From NCBI GenBank assembly GCA_040756235.1, contig JBFLZG010000075.1:1-13842 (forward strand): a stretch of 13,842 bases of DNA, in the 5' to 3' direction. Shown in pieces: positions 1 through 5,975 of the stretch (its first letter is position 1; every line of letters begins with the position of its first letter). The notes below the pieces were generated by a model. It did not search any database. It was given only the letters and a program-made list of their open reading frames with translations, and was not told the DNA's origin. This stretch comes from a bacterium. GTDB lineage: Bacteria > Desulfobacterota > DSWW01. The translations under genes and the position numbers were made by a program.

Positions 1-25
1 CCGGCGTGTCTCTCGCCGGCCGCAT
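1..25 (-). CDS. Probable 5' end of a downstream gene (MRPARDTP...), running off the window
   Basis: Minus strand reads TGA-GGAG-AGAC-ATG: an SD-like GAGGAG (30-35) overlaps the stop codon of the acyl-CoA synthetase and precedes an ATG at 25-23. Only 8 codons are visible. Confidence 0.4.
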
Positions 26-33
26 GTCTCTCC

Positions 34-1563
34 TCAGGTTCCCCTTCCCAGGGTCTCCTTCAGGCGGCTCTTCAGCACCTTGCCGCTCGGGTTTCTGGGG
101 AGGGCCTCCACCACGGAGATGACCTTGGGGCGCTTGTAGCCGGGGAGCTTGCCCGCCGCGTACGCCAGGAGGTCCTCCTGGACGAGCCGGCGACCCGGCT
201 TGAGCACGACGGCGGCACAGACCTTCTCGCCCCATTTGGGGTCCGCAACACCGAACACCGCCGCCTCCTGCACGTCCGGATGGGTGAGCAGCGCGTCCTC
301 CACCTCCTTGGCAAAGACGTTCTCGCCGCCGGTCTTGATCATGTCCTTGACCCGGTCGACGAAGTAGAGAAATCCGTCCCCGTCCTGCCGGACGACGTCG
401 CCCGTGTGGAGCCAGCCGCCCCGGAAGGTGGCCTGCGTCTCGTCGGGCCGGTTGTAGTAGCCTCGAATGATCGAAGGCCCCTTCAGGAGAAGCTCTCCGG
501 GCTCTCCGGTACCCGCCGGCCTTCCTCCCGGCGTGACGATCCGGTAGCGCAGGATGGGATTGACGACGCCGATCGAGCCCTCCTTGGCGAAGGCCAAGGC
601 CGGCGGAAGGACCGTTGCGTTGCCGCCGCTCGATTCGGTCAGGCCGTACGTGTAGAAGATCTCGGCGTTCGGCATGTGGGCCCTCACGGCCTCCTTCAGG
701 TCACGAGGGAAGCTCGCGGCGGCTGTCGCAAAAGCACGCACGTGGCTCACGTCGTAGCGGATCGCTTCCGGAACGGCCAGGATCCAGCCGAACAGGAAGG
801 GCGGAACGACCAAGACGACGGTGACCTTCTCATCATGCAGGTTCTTCATGAACAGGACCGGGTCGAAGCGGCGCTGGAGCACCACCCTGGCGCCGGCCGC
901 CATGAGGGAGTTGAGGCAGCTGTTGATGATGACGTGGAACAAGGGCAGGACCTGGATCCCGGTGTCCGTCACGGAGAGGTTCATGGCCTGGACGGTCGTG
1001 TAGATCGCCCAGAGCGCGTTCGCGTGGGTGAGCATGCCGAGCTTGCTCGTTCCGGTCGTCCCGCCCGTGCCGAGGAGAATATAGAGGTCTTCCCCGTCCA
1101 CCTCGACGTCCGGTTCCGCGGAGCCGCCCTGCCGCAGGAAGGCCTCGTAGTCGAGGGCATCGGCCGGCGTCTCACCGCCTACCTGGATGAGCTTTTCGAC
1201 TCCGGGCAGGCCCTGCCGGATGTCCTTCACGAGCGGGTACAGCTCCGCGCCGTAGACCAGGACGCGGCTGTCGGAGAGGCGGATGAGATCGCGAATGTCC
1301 GGGGCGAGAAGGCGTGCGTTCACGGGAAAGAAGACGAGGCCTGCCTTGGCCAAGGCGAAGTTCAATTCCACGGCCGCGGGGTGGTTCTCCGAAAGGAGAG
1401 CGACCTTGTCTCCCTTCTTCAGCCCGAGACCCAGGAGGGAGCCGGCGAGCCGGTTCACCCGGTCGTTGAGGTGGCCCCAGGTGTAGCGCTGGCCTTCGAA
1501 CACGAGCGCCTCCCGGTCCCTGTACTGGATCGCGTTCCGGGCGACGATATTTCCGATGGACAC
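34..1563 (-). CDS. AMP-dependent acyl-CoA synthetase (long-chain fatty acid/aryl-CoA ligase family, class I adenylate-forming), ~509 aa
   Basis: P-loop-like TGGTTGTSK, LPLFH, YGLTE, GWLHTGD, DRVKDMIKTGGENV and C-terminal LPRNPSGKVLK. Start moved from 1596 to the GTG at 1563 because AAGGAGGA (1575-1568) lies just upstream. Substrate cannot be assigned. Confidence 0.93.
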   Translation of the reverse strand: MSIGNIVARNAIQYRDREALVFEGQRYTWGHLNDRVNRLAGSLLGLGLKKGDKVALLSENHPAAVELNFALAKAGLVFFPVNARLLAPDIRDLIRLSDSRVLVYGAELYPLVKDIRQGLPGVEKLIQVGGETPADALDYEAFLRQGGSAEPDVEVDGEDLYILLGTGGTTGTSKLGMLTHANALWAIYTTVQAMNLSVTDTGIQVLPLFHVIINSCLNSLMAAGARVVLQRRFDPVLFMKNLHDEKVTVVLVVPPFLFGWILAVPEAIRYDVSHVRAFATAAASFPRDLKEAVRAHMPNAEIFYTYGLTESSGGNATVLPPALAFAKEGSIGVVNPILRYRIVTPGGRPAGTGEPGELLLKGPSIIRGYYNRPDETQATFRGGWLHTGDVVRQDGDGFLYFVDRVKDMIKTGGENVFAKEVEDALLTHPDVQEAAVFGVADPKWGEKVCAAVVLKPGRRLVQEDLLAYAAGKLPGYKRPKVISVVEALPRNPSGKVLKSRLKETLGRGT

Positions 1564-1582
1564 GGCATCCTCCTTCCTGCCT

Positions 1583-1617
1583 CCGCCCTGTTTCAAAGGG
1601 GGGCCGGGGGGGGATTT
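1583..1617. repeat. Degenerate C-run/TTT...AAA/G-run palindromic repeat (REP-like)
   Basis: CCGCCCTGTTTCAAAGGGGGGCCGGGGGGGGATTT; resembles, from recall, the AAATCCCCCC..CCCCCCTTT..AAAGGGGGG intergenic repeat of deltaproteobacteria and cyanobacteria. Single copy in the window. Confidence 0.5.
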
Positions 1618-1709
1618 CAGTGAGATCCCAAGTACTGCTTTTCACAAATAACGTATCCTGTGGGGTCGCTTCCCCGGTAGCGACGTGGCGACCGGCACCA
1701 AGTGTCTGA

Positions 1710-1769
1710 AGATTGCGAGGCCCGGAGGGCCGTGGCAACCTCTCGGTTTGATCGCCACGCTCGCGATCT
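1710..1769. repeat. Nested stem-loop REP-like element (resembles the GTCATTGCGAG/CGTC-tag class)
   Basis: AGATTGCGAG (1710-1719) pairs with CTCGCGATCT (1760-1769) with one wobble; inner GCCC-GGA-GGGC hairpin; CGTGGCAACC pairs imperfectly with GATCGCCACG. Confidence 0.6.
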
Positions 1770-1781
1770 GCAGCCGTGGTT

Positions 1782-1813
1782 GGTGGACACGCCTTCGGCT
1801 TTGTCCACCCTAC
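1782..1813 (-). repeat. GTAG-tagged REP element
   Basis: Minus strand GTAG-GGTGGACA-AA-GCC-GAA-GGC-G-TGTCCACC: a GTAG tetranucleotide followed by a perfect 8-bp stem with an inner GCC/GGC hairpin, the canonical GTAG-REP architecture. Confidence 0.75.
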
Positions 1814-1827
1814 CGAGTGCTCACGCC

Positions 1828-1955
1828 GCTCGCTCGCGAGATTCGGCCATGTGGCGCATCGGTTGCCGTGCCCCGCCCTGACGGGCTGGCGTATCGGGCA
1901 CAGAACTCCTCAGGATTTCGTGTGCCTTGCATCGGGCCATTTCTCACCAGCCTCT
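1828..1955. mobile_element. Degenerate copy of the MITE-like element at 13702-13828
   Basis: 1907-1955 matches 13780-13828 at 42 of 49 positions without gaps, including the right end CAGCCTCT. The left end is only weakly recognisable (CGGCCAT at 1844-1850 versus CGCCCAT), so the left boundary is approximate. Confidence 0.65.
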
Positions 1956-2010
1956 CAAAAGGGTGTTTCTGAAACCTTTCGAGGCTTGGGGCAGAAGGCC
2001 CCGCAGCTCG

Positions 2011-2730
2011 TCAGCGCCGGCCGGCCGCACGCCGCTGCTCGTACGCGGTGTCCGGCGGGAGATTCTTCTTCGCGGACTCGGCCCGGGCAAGAAAGTCGCA
2101 ACGCTCGTTTTCACAGTGCCCGGCATGCCCCCTGAGCCACTCGAAAAGGACATCGTGCTTTTCGGTGAGCTCGAGAAGCCTCTCCCAGAGGTCGCTGTTC
2201 TCCGCCGGCTCCTCCGGGGTGCGCATCCAGGCGTTCCGCCGCCATCTCGCGGCCCAGCCCTTGGTGATACCGTTGACGACATAGAGGGAATCGGTGCGCA
2301 GAAGGATACGCGCGGGCTCCTCGAACTGGCTCAGGGCCACGATGCATCCCATCAGCTCCATGCGGTTGTTCGTGGTCCAGCGGAAGCCGCCCGAGATCTC
2401 GCGGCGCTCGTCTCCGTTCAGGATCACGATCCCGTACCCGCCCGGCCCCGGATTGTTGATGCTGCCGCCGTCGGTGAAGATCTGTATGCGCCCTGCGCGG
2501 TCGTCCGTCCTTCGAGCCGGGACGGCGGCATCTCGAGCGGTTTCCGGTCGCGCCGCCGGAGCCGGGCTCTTGAGCCAGCTCCTGGCCTCCGCGCGGGTGG
2601 CAAACCCCTTGTAGCGGGCGCCGGGAAAGCCGCGGACCTGCGCCTCGGCCCCCGTGGGTCCGAACCACTCGGTGTAGATGCCCGGCTTGCGGCCTCTCGC
2701 GACCGCGTAGAATTTCTTCTTCTCTGCCAC
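2011..2730 (-). CDS. rnhA: Ribonuclease HI with N-terminal RNA/DNA hybrid-binding (caulimovirus viroplasmin-like) domain, ~239 aa
   Basis: N-terminal KFYAVARGRKPGIYTEW...GFPGARYKGFATRAEA; catalytic domain IFTDGG, TTNNRMEL, TDS.YV, W.RGHAG...NERCD. GTG at 2730 with GGAGG upstream. Confidence 0.95.
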   Translation of the reverse strand: MAEKKKFYAVARGRKPGIYTEWFGPTGAEAQVRGFPGARYKGFATRAEARSWLKSPAPAARPETARDAAVPARRTDDRAGRIQIFTDGGSINNPGPGGYGIVILNGDERREISGGFRWTTNNRMELMGCIVALSQFEEPARILLRTDSLYVVNGITKGWAARWRRNAWMRTPEEPAENSDLWERLLELTEKHDVLFEWLRGHAGHCENERCDFLARAESAKKNLPPDTAYEQRRAAGRR

Positions 2731-2755
2731 TGCGCACCACCTCCCGCGTGAGCCG

Positions 2756-2784
2756 ACCTTATGAAGCCTGCCCCTGGAAGTCAA
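2756..2784 (-). promoter_or_regulatory. Putative sigma70 promoter for rnhA
   Basis: Minus strand TTGACT (2784-2779)-N17-TAAGGT (2761-2756), ending 25 nt upstream of the GTG. Confidence 0.55.
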
Positions 2785-2806
2785 TCGTCCTAGCGTTTCA
2801 AGTTGA

Positions 2807-3130
2807 CAAGCTTTCCATGGTTACAGCCGCCGGGACGAGGAAGAGGCGGATAGGGAGGGCATGAACATGATGCTCGCCGCGGGTCTGGACCCGGGCGGCA
2901 TGATCCGGGTATGCGAAACTCTTGGACGCACGAACAGGCTTCCCAAGCCTTTTCAGTACGTATCTACACACCCCGATATGGCCGCGCGGGTAGCGAATCT
3001 CAGAGCCATGGCAGCCGTTGCAGGTCAAAGGAACAGAGAAGAGAAACTTCTCCCTATGATCTCAGACTGGACGGAGATCAGAGACGGTTGCAGGAAGAAC
3101 GAAGCCCGAACCGTGCCGTCCGGAGAGTAG
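2807..3130 (+). pseudogene. C-terminal remnant of an M48-family zinc metallopeptidase
   Basis: The frame, open from 2807 after TGA at 2804-2806, reads ...GYSRRDEEEADREGMNMMLAAGLDPGGM...YVSTHPDMAARVANL. YSRxxExEADxxG and STHP...R are M48 motifs; HEXXH and the N-terminus are absent. Confidence 0.8.
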
Positions 3131-3270
3131 GGTCATACGGAAAAAGAAAGAAGGGAATTGAAAGGTGCAGCAGCTCTTCGGCACAGCCTCCCGTAACCGG
3201 GTCCGCGTCTGCTGGAAGTCCGGCTCGAGGTCACCTTCGAGGTGAGCCCGATCGCGCTCCCGCCCAGCCC

Positions 3271-3299
3271 TTGTGAAACGTGCGTCCCGCCTGTACAAT
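3271..3299 (+). promoter_or_regulatory. Putative sigma70 promoter for the ychF-like gene
   Basis: TTGTGA (3271-3276)-N17-TACAAT (3294-3299), followed by an AT-rich patch in otherwise GC-rich DNA. Confidence 0.6.
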
Positions 3300-3366
3300 A
3301 AACAATTTTCGTCCTTGGACATCTGACGTTACCCGCAGGCATGCAGGGCGTGCGAAGGGGCTCTTC

Positions 3367-4437
3367 ATGAAGATCGCGCTCATCGGGCTGCCCAACTCCG
3401 GCAAGACGACCATTTTCAACGCACTCACGGAATCAGAGGCGGCGGTCACCAGCTACGCAAACGCCAAGGCCGAGCCGAACCTGGCGGTGATCGAGGTCGG
3501 GGACCAGCGGGTCGCCCGCCTTGCCGAGCTGTATCGCCCGAAGAAGACCACGTATGCCACGATCGAGATGATCGACTTCGCCGGTTTCACCAACGGTTCG
3601 GCGCGGGAAGAGATCTTCCCGCCCGAGGTCATGCGGCTAGCCAGGAACGCCCACGCGCTCGCCCTGGTGGTGCGGAATTTCAGCGATGCCCTGAACGGGG
3701 CTCCCGCACCCGCCGAGGACCTGGAGCGGATCCGCGAGGAGCTCCTGCTCGCCGACCTGCTCCTGGCCGAGGGCCGGCTCGAGCGCATCCGCTACGGTTT
3801 CAAGCGCGGCCTCAAGTCGCATCAATCCCTGTCTGAGGAGAGGCTGCTGCAGCGGATCGCGGACCGGCTCGAGGCCGGGCTGCCGATCCGGGGAATGGAG
3901 CTGTCGACAGACGAGGAGAAGGCCGTACGGGGTTTCCAGTTCCTGACGCGCAAGCCGGTGCTCGCGATCCTCAACTCCGATGAAGCCGGCTACGGGAAGA
4001 ACCATGCCCTGGTCGAGGAGCTGGAGAGCAAGATCCGCGTGATCGAATTCGCCGGCCAGCTCGAAATGGAGCTTTCCCGGCTGGAGGACGCAGAGGAAGC
4101 CCGGATGTTCATGGAGGACGTGGGGATCCGGGAGTCGGCGCGCGACCGCCTGACGCGCTTCTGCTATCGGATGCTGGGCTACATCAGCTTCTTCACCGTG
4201 GGGCCGGACGAGGTCCGCGCCTGGAACATCCGCAAGGGGCGCACGGCGGTGGATGCCGCGGGCGCGATCCACTCGGACCTAGCCCGGGGTTTCATCCGCG
4301 CCGAATGCTTCTCCTATGACGACCTCCTGGCGTGCGGATCGGAAAAAGGCGTGAGAGAGAAGGGCCGCTTCCGGCTGGAGGGCAAGGATCACGTCGTCCA
4401 GGACGGGGACATCTTGAACATCCGGTTTCACGTATGA
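3367..4437 (+). CDS. ychF: YchF/Ola1-family (Obg-like) ATPase with C-terminal TGS domain, divergent, ~356 aa
   Basis: MKIALIGLPNSGKTTIFNALT (G1), DFAG (G3), FLTRKP..NSDE (G4 variant), FFTVGPDEVRAW, AGAIHSDLARGFIRAE, RLEGKDHVVQDGDI. ATG at 3367 with GAAGGGG upstream. Confidence 0.92.
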   Translation: MKIALIGLPNSGKTTIFNALTESEAAVTSYANAKAEPNLAVIEVGDQRVARLAELYRPKKTTYATIEMIDFAGFTNGSAREEIFPPEVMRLARNAHALALVVRNFSDALNGAPAPAEDLERIREELLLADLLLAEGRLERIRYGFKRGLKSHQSLSEERLLQRIADRLEAGLPIRGMELSTDEEKAVRGFQFLTRKPVLAILNSDEAGYGKNHALVEELESKIRVIEFAGQLEMELSRLEDAEEARMFMEDVGIRESARDRLTRFCYRMLGYISFFTVGPDEVRAWNIRKGRTAVDAAGAIHSDLARGFIRAECFSYDDLLACGSEKGVREKGRFRLEGKDHVVQDGDILNIRFHV

Positions 4438-4475
4438 GCCGCAGGCGGCCTGAGGACACCCGTCTTGCCTGCGGT
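4438..4475. terminator. Stem-loop between convergent ychF and OMF genes (possible terminator or mRNA end structure)
   Basis: CCGCAGGC (4439-4446) and GCCTGCGG (4467-4474) are perfect inverted arms; no U-tract on either side. Confidence 0.3.
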
Positions 4476-4483
4476 CGCCCGCA

Positions 4484-5974
4484 CTACCTGCGGACTCTCA
4501 CGGCTTCACCCTTTCCATCGAAACCCGCGCCCGAGGGGTGAGCGAGCGCCTCCGGCCCGGCGGGCAGCCCGCCGGCAGGCCCCTCTGTCGGCCAGCCTCC
4601 GCCCAGGGCCTTGTAGAGCTGAACCACCGACACGAGCTGGAGCCGGCGGGTCGCCGTGAGCGTCAGCTCGGCGTCGAACAGACTGCGCTTGGCGGTGAGC
4701 ACGTCCAGGTAGCCGGCCAGGCCGCGGCGGTAGCGCAGCTCCGCCAGGTTCAGGGCCGACCGCAGGGCGTTCACCTGGGCTCCCTGGGCCTCGCTCTGCA
4801 CCCGCACCTTGCGCACCGCCACGAGCGCGTCCTCGACCTCCCGAAACGCCACGAGGACCGTCTTCTCGTACTGCGCCAGCGCCTGCCTGGCTTGCGCCTC
4901 GGCCGCTTTCTGCTGGAACCCCAACGTTTGGGCGTTGAGGAGGGGGCCGGCCAACGCCAGGCCGGCGGACCCGAACTTTCCGGGTCCGAGACTCGACAGC
5001 TCCGGACTGGCTGCGCCGAGCAGTCCGGTGATCGTGATCCTTGGAAAACGCTCGGCCTTGGCGACCCCGATCCGGGCGCTCGCCGCGGCCAACACCCGCT
5101 CTGACTGCAGGATGTCAGGGCGGCGCTGGAGCAGGCTGGAGGGGAGCCCGGCCGGCACCTCGAGCGGCATCGCCTGCTCGATGAGCGATCGCCCCCGGGG
5201 GATCTGTCCGGGATTTCTGCCCAGCAGCACGCTCAGCTCGTTCTCTTTCTGAACCACCTGGCGCTCGAGCTCGGCTGCGCGCGCGGCGGCGTTGGCCCGC
5301 TCCGCCTCGAACTGGTCGGCGTCCAACTTGGAGATGAGCCCCTGCCGCAGGCGTGCCTGGGCGATCCCCACGGACTGCTCCCAGGACTCGAAGGTACGCC
5401 GGGTGATCTCCAGTTGCAGGTCCAACTGCCGGAGATCGAAGTAGGCCTGGGCCACGCTCGCCACCAGCGCCAGGACCACGGCCCGGCGGTTCTCCTCCTG
5501 CGCCAGGAGATCGGCGCGCGCCGCCTCGTTCGCCCTGCGCACCCGCCCCCACAAATCGAGCTCCCAGGAGAGACTGCCCTGTACGAAATAGCTGGAAGAG
5601 GTGGGCAGCCCGGGAGGAAGGTCGTCCGAGCTCAAGCGGCCGAAGGCGGGCGCGTTGGCCTCTGCGCTGACCTGGGGAAGGAAGTCGGTGCGCGCGGCGG
5701 ACAGGCGCGCCTGAAACTCTTCGACCCTGGCGAGCGCCTGTGCGAGGTCTTTGTTCTCCGTGAGAGCGATGCGGACGAGCCCCTGGACCTCTTCATCCTG
5801 CAGGAGCTCCCACCACGGCAGATCGGCGATCGACTTCAGCTCCCTCTCTGCCTCTGCCTCAGCCATGCGGAACGTTTGCGGCGTGGAGACGGCAGGGCGA
5901 GTGTAGTCCGGCCCGACCGCGCAGGAGGCCAGCAGAATCGAGAGGAGTGGAAAAGCCAGGCCACGGCCGCGCAC
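4484..5974 (-). CDS. RND efflux outer-membrane factor lipoprotein (NodT/OprM family)
   Basis: Lipobox LLASC followed by AVGPDY.RP; WELDLWGRVRR; VPAGLPSSLLQRRPDI; LYKALGGGW. GTG at 5974 lies 1 nt after the permease stop, with GGGAGGAG upstream. Confidence 0.95.
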   Translation of the reverse strand: MRGRGLAFPLLSILLASCAVGPDYTRPAVSTPQTFRMAEAEAERELKSIADLPWWELLQDEEVQGLVRIALTENKDLAQALARVEEFQARLSAARTDFLPQVSAEANAPAFGRLSSDDLPPGLPTSSSYFVQGSLSWELDLWGRVRRANEAARADLLAQEENRRAVVLALVASVAQAYFDLRQLDLQLEITRRTFESWEQSVGIAQARLRQGLISKLDADQFEAERANAAARAAELERQVVQKENELSVLLGRNPGQIPRGRSLIEQAMPLEVPAGLPSSLLQRRPDILQSERVLAAASARIGVAKAERFPRITITGLLGAASPELSSLGPGKFGSAGLALAGPLLNAQTLGFQQKAAEAQARQALAQYEKTVLVAFREVEDALVAVRKVRVQSEAQGAQVNALRSALNLAELRYRRGLAGYLDVLTAKRSLFDAELTLTATRRLQLVSVVQLYKALGGGWPTEGPAGGLPAGPEALAHPSGAGFDGKGEAVRVRR

Positions 5975-5975
5975 G

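Noticed and set aside
280..1623. 447-aa plus-strand ORF, and similar long ORFs at 6153-7982, 9034-10401, 10845-12065 and 12132-13301
   Set aside because: Antisense shadows of well-supported minus-strand genes, expected in high-GC DNA; no recognisable motifs.
1583..1955. CRISPR array, tRNA or integron attC array in the palindrome-rich region
   Set aside because: No regularly spaced identical repeats, no cloverleaf, and no cas or integrase genes.
2011..2730. RNase H as evidence of a retroelement or retron
   Set aside because: No reverse transcriptase in the window; the protein looks like a housekeeping RNase HI with its own promoter.
2803..2808. Perfect TTGACA on the plus strand ahead of the M48 remnant
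   Set aside because: No plausible -10 hexamer at 16-18 nt spacing.
3231..3245. TCACCT-TCG-AGGTGA hairpin upstream of the ychF promoter
   Set aside because: A 6-bp stem, single copy, no U-tract; could be chance, though an operator cannot be excluded.
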